Source: Octopus vulgaris (taxonomy: Eukaryota). From it: a stretch of 64,000 bases of DNA. A model generated the notes under the pieces. It was given only the letters and a program-made list of their open reading frames with translations, was not told the origin of the DNA and searched no databases. Shown piece after piece: positions 23,731-34,957 of this stretch. The translations under genes were made by a program, and so were the position numbers. The stretch spans positions 164,114,001 to 164,178,000 of the forward strand of contig OX597814.1 in NCBI GenBank assembly GCA_951406725.2, in the 5' to 3' direction. Position 1 is the stretch's first letter; the number at the start of each line of letters is the position of its first letter.

Positions 23731-24778
23731 CACATCTGTAGCACATGTACCAAAACCAAAATGAATCAGACTATTTACTTTTTGTTTTGAATAATTGCTA
23801 CTTCAGACTGTAAAGTACAGGATACTTATATATCAGTTGACAACTTCAGTATAACAATGTAAAAGCTCCAGCATGGATGTAAGTAGTAATGGTTTGAGAG
23901 CAGCATGTAAGCACTGATGGTTATTTTGTATTGTGATTAAAAAATTTCTCCAGAATCTCGGAGAGGATTATGTACACATTTATTGTTACATTGGTTTATC
24001 TTTATTATTTTTATTTATTTATTACTTTTGCAATATGGATAAATATTTCTACAGCATGTCAGTCTGTTCGAGATATTTTAAGAATTGTACAAACCGACAC
24101 CTCTTTTCTCTTCTTTCCTTGCTCTCAGAGGGACATAGATCCGAAAAGTTAAAACTCTGAACTTAAGGTAAATTAATTTATTGCCAAGACAGACTTTAAT
24201 CATCTTCCTCGGGTTTACATTTTCCCCCCTTATGCAATCAAAAATACGAAGAATACCCAATAAAAAAACGTCTGCATTAGAACTGAATACAACTTTGGAG
24301 CTGGTAATCCAAACTTCATCTTCATAAATTGTTATTGTACCTTTATACAACTTCTCGACTGTTTCAACCCTATAAAATCTGTGAACTTATGCATAAGCTA
24401 TAGTAGAGAACATCGTTGTTGGTAAGGGAGATTTCTATTCAGATGTTAAACATAGAATATTAATAAGATCTTTCCTGTAAATGTTTGCAGAATGGAGAAA
24501 AAAAAAACTAATGGACGGATGTAGAAATGCTAACAAAAAAGATTGAGTAGTTCTTTTTGTCATCATACATTAACTAAAGATTATCTAAAAACACAAAGAG
24601 GATTGCATTACAGGTAGTTGCGGGAACTCTAGATAAATGTGACTGTGTGTGTGTGTGTTTACATGAAGTTAAATATGTCTAGTCATAGAGACACCAACGA
24701 TTTCGCATCCATATATTACTGCTCTAACTTTTAGAGTGTTCTTTTTCGGATATATGATCCACTGACGATATATATAAT

Positions 24779-25160
24779 TTGCGTATTCATTTATTGTTGA
24801 ACAATTAAATACTAATGATCTTACTAGAAAAATTATAAACGATCACAATCAGCAGAACATCTTCCGTTACGATGATAGAAATACTCAAAACACGTTGTAT
24901 TACTAGCACCTGGAAGTGAAGAAAAAAGGCGTACTCATGAAATATATATACATGTGTATATATCTCGTTTGCGTATTCGTTTATTGTTGAATAATTAATT
25001 ACTAACAATTTTTACGTAAACAAAATTAATAAAATGAATAAAAAAAAAAGATTACAATTAGCAGAATATCATCCGTAACGAACGTTACAAATTACTCAAA
25101 ACACGTTGTATTGCTCTATTGCTTAGCACCTGTACTGAAGAATAAAGGTGTACTATGAAT
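24779..25160. repeat. Diverged tandem duplication (two ~190-220-bp units) in TMX3 intron 2
   Basis: gcgtattc.tttattgttgaa at 24781 and 24971; tactcaaaacacgttgtatt..tagcacctg in both units. Confidence 0.85.
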
Positions 25161-25338
25161 TATATATATATATATAACACTTGATAATAATTCACGGATC
25201 TTATGTTTTCGTGTAATAAGTAAATAACGTTAAAAACAAAAACTATTTATTGACCATAATCAACAACAAGACGAGCAGCAGCTAAATCATCTGCCTTCCT
25301 TTCGAAGACAGATCTAAGAAGTATATCAAACAACTTAC

Positions 25339-25384
25339 TTGAAATCTAACTCAGTAACTTGAGCCAAGGCTAAGCCAAACACAA
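25339..25384 (-). CDS. TMX3: TMX3 coding exon 2 (VVFGLALAQVTELDF+AA)
   Basis: Acceptor ttttctttcattgcag, donor GTAAGT, 46 nt, phase 1 to 2; completes a hydrophobic signal peptide ending ALA|Q. Confidence 0.9.
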
Positions 25385-25482
25385 CTGCAATGAAAGAAAA
25401 TAGATTTAACATTTCCAACTGCAAAGGAAAGACAGAACATTTCATCACTAAAACAGAACAAGATAAAAAATATTTCTCTCAC

Positions 25483-25516
25483 CGCTTAACACCGATAGAA
25501 AAGCAGCAAGCACCAT
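25483..25516 (-). CDS. TMX3: TMX3 coding exon 1 (MVLAAFLSVLS+G), start of signal peptide
   Basis: ATG at 25516-25514 with an in-frame upstream TAG; GTGAGA donor at 25482; joins in frame to the next three exons. Confidence 0.88.
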
Positions 25517-25733
25517 CTTCAGCACTATAAACACAACAGGACCGAAACACAACTAATATTTTTATTTCGAAAATTTTTCAAAATCGAATATAAGGAAATA
25601 ATTTTAGGTAAATAATTATTAGTCTATTATTTTAAAATTATTGGAAGTAATGAATGTGTAATTTTGGCATTTTTAATAAAAACATTGATTTTTATCATAT
25701 TCACTCCCTTTTAAGAAGCATTAACTTTTTAAA
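25517..25733. promoter_or_regulatory. Bidirectional promoter and 5' UTRs shared by TMX3 (-) and PFDN4 (+)
   Basis: Divergent ATGs at 25516 and 25734; the surrounding ~24.6-26.9 kb retains CpG and lacks recognisable TEs. Confidence 0.75.
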
Positions 25734-25757
25734 ATGGCTGCGACAATGAAAAATGCG
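25734..25757 (+). CDS. PFDN4: PFDN4 coding exon 1 (MAATMKNA)
   Basis: AAAATGG Kozak context, GTGAGA donor; resembles the human PFDN4 N-terminus MAATMKKA. Confidence 0.92.
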
Positions 25758-26145
25758 GTGAGACAACTTTAATACACACTTCTTTGATATTCTGTTTTCA
25801 ATAATAACGTATTTTCAAAATCTTATTTGAATCGTCAACTATATAAATATCATTGCAAGAGGGAAATCAGAATTTGTCATTCATTTCCATGCTCACTCTC
25901 ATCCCTCTCCTGGCAAACTCTTCATTCATCTGTTTGATTCGTCAGTAAAATTGTTTCGCATCATTTACACACCAGGAATATCTATGAAAATAAAATCTTT
26001 TTCCAAAATGTTATATTTTATATCAATATAAGATACACATTTCCTAATAACTAATTTTACTATATGATCACAAGTAAACTAATTCATTCTGAGATCAATC
26101 TGCTTTTAGGTTTGATATTTTCCTGACAGCTATGCTAAGACGACA

Positions 26146-26181
<36 letters not shown>

Positions 26182-27327
26182 ACTAATTCCACTTCAATTT
26201 TCCACGAGTTGAAACTATGCGAAATCAGTTGATTAGCTCTTTATTATTAACAATAATGAGCTACAACTCCTGAATCTATCAAATGTGATATTTCATTTTT
26301 TTTTTTTTTTTTTCGACTAATGTTATCAGCGGACAGAAATTGTTATAATCAGTTACTGTAATTTTTATGAATGTAATGCATCTAAGTATCCAGAAAATTG
26401 TTAAACCTAGTGAAGTGGGGTGACATGATAGTTTAGGGTCTAAGATATGTAATATAGCTAGTTGAAAATCTCGCTGAGATTATCCAAGCGGTTAGACAAG
26501 ACGCCCTTCATGGATGTTTACAATTTAAAAGCAACGAGAAAAAGAGAAAAAACCCCAATGAGATCAGTTAACCAAAATTTTTGGAAAATAAAAACGATGC
26601 AGTTGAGACCATCAACATGGTCTTTAGTTCCTATTAATTGCTTTTAGTGGAGTTGCCTCCCTTGCCTGAATTTCTATAGGCTTTCTTTTTAATTTTTAAA
26701 TCCTTGGAGTATGTCTTGTCTACTAACTGCAGGATTCATTGAAGTTATCTAAGACTCAACTCTGCTTGCATTTAGTATGCGGAACGCTTTCCTCGGGTGT
26801 TTTACCTCAGTTATATTGTTTATATAGGGTACCGAACGAACTCTATAGTTACGCCCCTTTGAGTTCTGCGTTCAACTGTTCAGGTTGATGAATAAATACC
26901 AGTTAATGTACTGGATCAATTCAGTCAAGTAACCACTTCTCTACAAAAAAAAAAAAAAAAACTCATCCATGTATGAAAGAAAGTTCTTTAAAAGATTTGA
27001 TCTGGTAAAAAATGTTGCTGACAGACTTTGATTACTTCTACACTTTTAAGAAATATGACTATCCAATTCATTCATTAAATCCAACATATTTGATATGCCA
27101 TCATTCAGCCTGGAATCACTACATGCAGTAGTTTGTTGTATCTGTTATTATGTAGTCATGATCAGATTTGAAGTGTAAAGTTGAACACATAGATGTTAAT
27201 ATTTTAATTGAGGAAAATATTTTCCTTTTCAGGAATATGTGATAGAGTATAATTAAGAATGGTAATGGTGAAGCATTACATAATATCGATAGGAACCAGT
27301 ATACATTGTATAACATATTAATATTAT

Positions 27328-28010
27328 AGCACGACCTTCGAACTTTAGGTCTCACTGAGGAAATGACTAGAGACCGAAGTATGCTGTGCGTGAGAAAACC
27401 CGGCAGGACAAGTGAGACCATAACCCGTGGCCTTCTACATAGGATGTAGCCAGCCCACTTATGCATACCTTCCCTTCTTGGGACACAAAACTCTACTTGT
27501 GAAGACCTGTTGAGGCAAGTGAGAATCAGAATCGAAATCGATCAATGGAAATTGCAGCCGAGATACCAGTGCCGGTGGCACGTAAGAGAACCATCCGAAC
27601 GTGGCCATTGCCAGCGCCACCCCGACTGGCCTTGTGCCGGTGGCACGTAAAAAGCACCATCCGTTCGTGGCCATTGCCAGCACCGCCCAGCTGGTCTCGT
27701 GCCGGTGGCACGTAAAAAGCACCATCCGTTCATGGCCGTTGCCAGCCTCGCCTGGCCCCCGTGCCGGTGGCACATAAAAAGCACCATCCGATCGTGGTCG
27801 TTTGCCAGACTCGTCTGGCACCTGTGCCGGTGGCACATAAAAAGTACCCACTACACTCTTGGAGTGGTTGGCGTTAGGAAAGGCATCCAGCCGTAGAAAC
27901 ATAGCCAGATCAAACTGGGCCTGGTGCAGCCTTCTGGCTTCCCAGACCCCAGTTGAACCGTCCAACCCATGCTAGCATGGAAAGCAGACGCTAAACGATG
28001 ATGATGATGA
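27328..28010 (+). mobile_element. RTE LINE 3' fragment with tandem ~59-bp 3' UTR units
   Basis: Matches 32090-32863; five GTGCCGGTGGCAC units; (GAT)n tail. Confidence 0.88.
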
Positions 28011-28368
28011 AGGTGGCTAGCTAGCAGAATTGTTATCATGTTAGACAAAATGCTTAGCTGCAAAATGACCAGCTTTACGTTCTAGGTTCAAATTCTGCTG
28101 GGGTCAGCTTCGCCTTTTGTTTTTTGAAGGTCGATAAAATAAGTACCAGTTGAGTCCTGGGGTCCATGTAATTGACTTACAGCCTCCTCCAAAATTACTG
28201 ACCTTGTGCCAAAATTTGAAACCAGTGTATATAATACTGGTTAGAAGTAAGGATTTTGTTAAATCTCTGTGATAAAATTTGTTTAAAATATTGGACCAGC
28301 AATATACTGGAATGTACAGTGTTATGATGTAGTTTATATTTTATAAGAAAAATGTTCTATTGTTGCAG

Positions 28369-28473
28369 GAAAGTGACGTGCATGTTACTTTTGAAGACCA
28401 GCAGAAGATCAACAAATTTGCTCGGCATAATGCTAAACTTCAAGATCTGAAAGATGAGGTTACTTTAGAAAAG
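28369..28473 (+). CDS. PFDN4: PFDN4 coding exon 2 (ESDVHVTFEDQQKINKFARHNAKLQDLKDEVTLEK)
   Basis: Acceptor tgttgcag, donor GTAAAG, 105 nt; hallmark VTFEDQQKINKFAR. Confidence 0.96.
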
Positions 28474-31400
28474 GTAAAGGAAATAAATTTTTGATTTTAT
28501 CTAATACATCATTGCAGTTTCAAATGTAAAAGTTTAATTGCCCACTAACCTAAGTACACAGTATTGTTTAGTAGTGTCAAGGCAGCGAGTTGGTCGAATC
28601 AATAATAATGCGTTGGACAAAATGCTTGGCAGCATTTCTTCTGGTTCATTACATTTTGAATTCAGATTTCAATGAGGTCAGCTTAGCTTTTCAGGGTCAA
28701 TAAAATAAGTACCAGTTAAGCACTAGGGTCAATGTAATAAACTAAACCCACTCCTTTCCCCAAATTTCATGCCCTGTGCTTTTAGGAAGAATTATTTGGT
28801 AGTATTATATTCAGTTCCTTCAAATATAATAGGTGTTATATCAGTTGATTGATAATCAGATAGGTGTAAGGGATGGAAAGAAATTATCATTGTTTCTTTT
28901 ATCAACTTTCCATTATATTATTGATTCCTCTGTATACTTTCTTGTAATAAAAGAATTTTAGACATTTTAAGACACCTGAACATTTTTTTTTTCACTGTAG
29001 CATCATTTGAAAGTATCTCCTTCACATACCTTGTTTACCTTCTCTTTAAGGTTACTTTGTTTAGATAGCCATCAGGTGTAAAGTTACAGCTGTAATATAA
29101 ATAATAGTTACTTGGTTGTAATTTCCTCTTTCAGTCTCTTTCTTAGAATATATTTCGCCAACTAAAACTTATTTAAATCCACATGAAATTCAATTGTTAG
29201 CAGTGGATTGGCAGGATGGTTAAAGCATCAAAATCTTTTTGTTGTATTTGTTATCTATATTGGGAGTTCAAATCCCTCCGAAGTCACCTTTGCCTTTTCA
29301 TCCTTTTGAAATTGATAAAATAGAATCAAGTTCTGAGAGATTGGTATAAATGGCTGTTCTCTACTCCAAATTTCTGGCCTTATGCCAATATTAGAAACCA
29401 TTACTATTTTTGTAAATTCGAATGTGTATTCGAATGCTATGTTCTCAAGGGGAAATAACCTCATCTTCAATTGGAGGAGGTGGTAACCGTCAGAGAAAGG
29501 ATGAAATAAAAGCAATAAGATGTTATGCTTTAATATTTATTACATTGTAACTAACGTTAAAAGTTATCTTTAGAATCTTTAACATAATGAAACGTAGTTA
29601 TGAAAATGTACAAACTTGTGAATCAAAGTAACAGTAAGAAAATTTAGAGAACAGAATTTCCATGGGCCCCAATAGTTATTATATTAAATGTAAATGGAAG
29701 ATATTTTGATTTTAGCAACAAGATTTTTTTCAAACAAAAAAAAACACTATGAAGCATATGTAAGAAGTATGAATGTTGCATGGTTGAGAGACAAGGACAT
29801 TGGATATGAAGGACAGAGAGATTTGAGTATTAAATTTCATGAAAAGCAGAACACAAGTAAATTGAGAAATTAGCTGGACATTATAGATTAGAGGGAATAC
29901 TACATTTGTACAGATTATAAAATGAATGATAATGTGTACTTTGTGTGGTTAGATCTAAGGATATGGCCACATCATCGTCTTCATTTAACATCCATTTTCC
30001 ATGCTGGCGTGGGTTGGACAGCTTGATAGGAACTGGTGAGGCCAGGGGGTCACACCAGGTTCCATATTCTATTTTGGCTTAGCTTCAACAGCTGGATGCC
30101 CTTCCTAATGCCAACCACATTACAGAGTGTACTGGGTACTTTTTATATGACACCATCATAGTTGCTTTTCAAGTGGCATCAGCACCAGTGCTTTTTACAT
30201 AGGACTTCAGTTTTAGGATCTCAGTTCTGTTGTGGTTGGCAGGTATTCTCAAGTATAACAATGCACGACATATCTCAGTCCTTAGAATACAAATCTATCC
30301 AACACTTGTGTGCATGGAAACTTGGATTTTAAAGCCAGGAAGAAAAGTAAACCACTTAACTGTAAAATAGGAGCAGGGCTTATTTGTTCAGTAAGGTAAA
30401 CCTGAGTTAATAAGTTCCTTTCTCAGGGATTTATTCTATGAGATAAATAGTCCAGTTCTTTAATATCACAACCATTGCGCTTCATCTTTGTTATTTAACA
30501 TTTTAAAAGCATGAAGAAGAAAAATAAATTATTTTTTCTGATGAGGGTTTATTTAGAAAGATACCTTTGATCACTTAGAAAAAGTAACTTTCCATCTTCC
30601 ACTCATAACTGATGAATCATGGCAAAATCTTCCCTACTTAGTTTAAGAAATAAAAGTCTCTCATAGCTTTTACTACTTCACATAAATATTTAGAAATTTC
30701 CATTCCCTCACCATGAGACTGATCTTGGTGTCTTTTACTGCAAATTTAATATTCCTAAACCTATTGCCTGGGAGAACAATTTTCTTGCTGAGAATTTTAT
30801 GGAAATTTTGATTTAACTGAAATACTACGCTTGAACATTAATTTTTTTTTAACCAGACACCTATAGAGAAAAAGAAACAAAGAACTGGCCAGCTTTCATA
30901 CCTGTCCTAGCCAAATAAGGAACAAACACTATACATTCAATGGCACAAAATTTGGTCAAAATACAGAAAGCCTTTTACTAGTTTACAAACTGTATATTAT
31001 CTCTATCCTAACAATTATCTACTTCTTATATAATATGAAAATTAAGAATAGTTTTAGCTGATATTTGAAAACATTTGATGTGAGAGAAAGAAAATCAAAT
31101 TATTATAAAGAATGATGATGTGCGAAGATATATTGCAAATGTGGGCAAGAAAAATTAGCAATGGCTATTAATTAGGCCTGGGATGTTCAAGTGTATAATT
31201 GTAACTGAATTGTTAAGACTGATTTAAGAAATGAATCTATGGAAGAGCAGTTATGTAATTTTGTATGCTTGAAAATCCAATCATTCAAATAAAAAGTTTC
31301 AATAGGTGAAGCAATTTGGACACATGATCATCAGGCTGGATAAAGACTTATTCGAACAGAATTCTGTTCTGGTACTTTATTTTGTTAGCCTTTGCTCGTC

Positions 31401-31486
31401 AAAGCACCAAGCTACTGGATATATTAAGTACAACATAAATATCACTGGTATCCAATCAGTGTCAGTGTGAAGACACATGGAAACAA

Positions 31487-31532
<46 letters not shown>

Positions 31533-31534
<2 letters not shown>

Positions 31535-32863
31535 GGAGCATTAACCTCCGAAAATCTGCAGAAAACAACTTCCGTCACTTTCCAGGGGGAAAAACTAGAA
31601 GTAGTTGATAGCTTCCGTTATCTAGGTGACCAAGTCGGTAGTGGGGGTGGGTGCGCTGAAAGTGTAACTGCTAGAATAAGAATAGCCTGGGCAAAGTTTA
31701 GGGAGCTCTTACCTCTGCTGGTGACTAAAGGCCTCTCGCTCAGAGTAAAAGGCAGACTGTATGATGCATGTGTACGAACAGCCATGCTACATGGCAGTGA
31801 AACATGGGCCGTGACTGCTGAGGACATGCGTAAGCTCGTGAGGAATGAAGCCAGTATGCTCCGATGGATGTGTAATGTCAGTGTACATACTCGACAGAGC
31901 GTTAGCACCTTGAGAGAAATGTTGTACCTAAGAAGCATCAGTTGTGGTGTGCAAGAGAGACGATTGCGCTGGTATGGTCATGTGGCGAGAATGGATGAAG
32001 ATAGGTGTGTGAGAAAGTGCCAATCCCTAGCAGTTGAGGGAACCCGTGGAAGAGGTAGACCCAGGAAAACCTGGGACGAGGTGGTGAAGCACGACCTTCG
32101 AACTTTAGGCCTCACTGAGGAAATGACCAGCGACCGAGACCTTTGGAAATATTCTGTACGTGAGAAGACCAGGCAGGACAAGTGAGCCCAGCCCACTTAT
32201 GAATGCCTTTCCTCCCTTGGACACAAAGACCTGTTGAGGCAAGTGAAGTCGATATAGAACCTCATCCGACGACAGGCACCCATGCCAACCCCCTTTGCTT
32301 GCGAAGACATGTTGGGGAAAGCGAAATCGAAATCGAATTGAACCAGCCAGGATCCCTGGTCTGGTGGTACGTAAAAAGCACTATCCGACTCGTGGCCGAT
32401 GCCAGCGCCGCCTCCACTGGCTTCCGTGCCAGTGGCACGTAAAATACACCAATCCGACCGTACGACAGGCACCCATGCCAACCCCCTTTGCTTGCGAAGA
32501 CATGTTGGGGCAAGCGAAATCGAATTGAACCAGCCAGGATCCCTGGTCTGGTGGTACGTAAAAAGCACTATCCGACTCGTGGCCGATGCCAGCACCGCCT
32601 CGACTGGCTTCCGTGCCGGTGGCACATAAAATACACCAATCCGACCGTGGCCGTTGCCAGCCTCGCCTGGCACCTGTGCAGGTGGCACGTAAAAAGCACC
32701 CACTACACTCACGGAGTGGTTGGCGTTAGAAAGGGCATCCAGCTGTAGAAACATTGCCAGATAAGACTGGAGCCTGGTGCAGCCTTCTGGCTTCCCAGAT
32801 CCCCGGTTGAACCGTCCAACCCATGCTAGCATGGAGAACGGACGTTAAACGATGATGATGATG
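31533..32863 (+). mobile_element. 5'-truncated, relatively young RTE-clade LINE
   Basis: Open frame KLEVVDSFRYLGD..AWAKFRELLPLL..MLHGSETW..RRLRWYGHVARM..GRGRPRKTW ending at 32185; repeat-rich 3' UTR, (GAT)n tail, inserted next to (TA)n. Confidence 0.93.
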
Positions 32864-33124
32864 AATCTCTCTAATTTAGAGATATAAATATGATTATTAT
32901 CATCTCCATTGCTATTATTAATGTCATCTACTGCCTCCACTATAGACTGCATAACTAGCTGACTAAGAATATTCAGCAACAACCATAAAAAGAATGACTA
33001 TATGGTTAAAGTGTCCAGTTGAGATTATGGTTTAGGGTTCACTCCCTCAACATGAATGCTGTTGGCTGGTGTCTTCTACTATAGCCAGGTTCTTGTGAGT
33101 GAAATTTGGTAGAGGTTTGTTATA

Positions 33125-33533
33125 CAGGGTGGGTCAAAAGTCACGCACAATATAAGTGCAATACACTCTGGAATTGTCAAATTTTCTATAATAGGATGAA
33201 ATAAATAAAATAATGATGAATATACATGTATTTGTTCATGATCAACAACATGAATAATAATAATGATTTCAAATTTTGGCTCAAGGCCAAGAAGTTTGTG
33301 GAAAGGGCAAGTTGATTACACTGACCCCAGTATCCAACTGATACTTATTATTGACCCTGAAAAGGATGAAAGGCAAAGTCAACCTCAGCAGAATCTGAAC
33401 TCAGAACATAAAGACAGACAAAATGCCACTAAGCATTTTGCCTGGCGTGCTAACAATAATAATAATGATGATGATGATAATGATAACAAATAAAATGTCA
33501 AATGTTTTGGTGCATGACTTTTGACCCACCCTG
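33125..33533. mobile_element. Tc1/mariner-type MITE containing a SINE
   Basis: TIRs cagggtgggtcaaaagtca / tgacttttgacccaccctg, TA on both sides; a related partial copy lies at ~44010-44415. Confidence 0.85.
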
Positions 33534-34212
33534 TATATGTGTGTGTGTGAAAATGTATATTTCCCTTGTCTTGATATCTGCTCAAATTGTAAACAAGAGT
33601 CACCATTGTAAAATGGTGTCATTCATCTACTACTGTCCTCAACAAAAGTATGCCTAATGATTGAGGTGTTTGTTGTTTGAAGGACAAGGGAGATGAGGGC
33701 TGGCAACAGGAAGAGCATCTGAGTTGTTGGAGTAGAAAATACTCTCACTTGATCCATGCAAGCTTGGAAAAATGAGCATTAAAAAAATAATGATGATGTA
33801 TCAGCTGATTGATTAATTCAAATTTCTCCTGTGTTCCCCTTTGATGTATATAGACCCTATTGATTTCATAGGCTTATATATCGAGATTTTCAGAAATAAG
33901 CATTTCTTTGATTTCTCTTCTTTTTTACATGAGAAATGTTAGCAGTTAATTCATTTATGATCCATTATCTTGTGGAACTAGAAATTGGATAAGAAATAGT
34001 TTGACGAACCCAATTTGAAAAAATGGTTTTTGGTATGTGCTCTCAAGTGTAAATCAGTAATACATTCACTTGGCAAACCATAATTACATGATTCAAATGA
34101 TGTCTGTGCTTTTATTTCTCATTTTGATGTTAGACTACTTATAAAGTCTCATATCACTTTACGCTGGAAATCTTAGCTGTTAATTCATACATTTTCTTTT
34201 CTTATTTTTCAG

Positions 34213-34283
34213 AAACTGTTACAAAATTTAGAAGATGCACTTGATGAATTGCTTCTTTTAGAAGACAATGACAAACCAATTCC
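34213..34283 (+). CDS. PFDN4: PFDN4 coding exon 3 (KLLQNLEDALDELLLLEDNDKPI+CC)
   Basis: Acceptor tttttcag; LQNLEDA motif; ends at the U12-type donor ATATCCTCT. Confidence 0.93.
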
Positions 34284-34554
34284 ATATCCTCTTTTTATGC
34301 TATAAATGCAGTGTAATTTTTAATTGTGTTAACCATCTTCAATGTTACCATACAGTGAAATAGGTATTCTTAAATATCATTTACTGTTTTTTACCCCTTT
34401 TGATACCAATCCGTCTGAGACTGGCTGTAGTTCTATGACACAAACTTACTGTTTTAAAGTAATCTGAATTATAATCATCCATCAAAATTTTATGTTAATT
34501 TGTTCCAGACACCAGCTTAATAATTGAGAAAGTTATATTATAATATTCTTCAAT

Positions 34555-34957
34555 AGGCATAAGAGTGGCTGTGTGGTAAGTAGCTTGCTTACGAACCACA
34601 TGGTTCCGGGTTCAGTCCCACTGTGTCGCAATTTGGGCAAGTGTCTTCTACTATAGCCTCAGGCTGACCAAAGCCTTGTGAGTAGATTTGGTAGATGGAA
34701 ACTGAAAGAAGCCCGTTGTATATATATGTATATGTGTATGTATGTATTTGTGTGTCTGTGATTGTCCCCCCAACATCGCTTGACAACTGATACTATTGTG
34801 TTTACATCTCTGTAACTTAGCGGTTTGGCAAAGAGACCAATAGAATAAGTACCAGGCTTACAAAGAATAAGTCCCGGGGTCAATTTGCTCGACTAAAGGT
34901 GGTGCTCCAGCATGGCCACAGTCAACTGACTGAAACAAGTAAAAGAGTAAAGAGTAT
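34555..34957 (+). mobile_element. tRNA-derived SINE, same family as 3261-3671
   Basis: Full-length match including the internal (TA/TG) tract and tail. Confidence 0.85.

Noticed and set aside
24078-24350. 90-aa ORF as an independent protein
   Set aside because: Starts at a non-ATG codon, has no recognisable homology and is not reached in frame from TMX3 exon 2.
24830-25155. Pair of H/ACA snoRNAs
   Set aside because: A hairpin with an internal loop is present, but there is no correctly placed ACA box and I recognised no target.
27565-27850. CRISPR-like repeat/spacer appearance
   Set aside because: Eukaryotic LINE 3' UTR; the spacers are homologous to each other and there are no cas genes.
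32197-32832. 211-aa ORF and similar ORFs at 14430, 23414 and 27459
   Set aside because: Chance ORFs in GC-rich RTE 3' UTR repeats, recurring in every copy.
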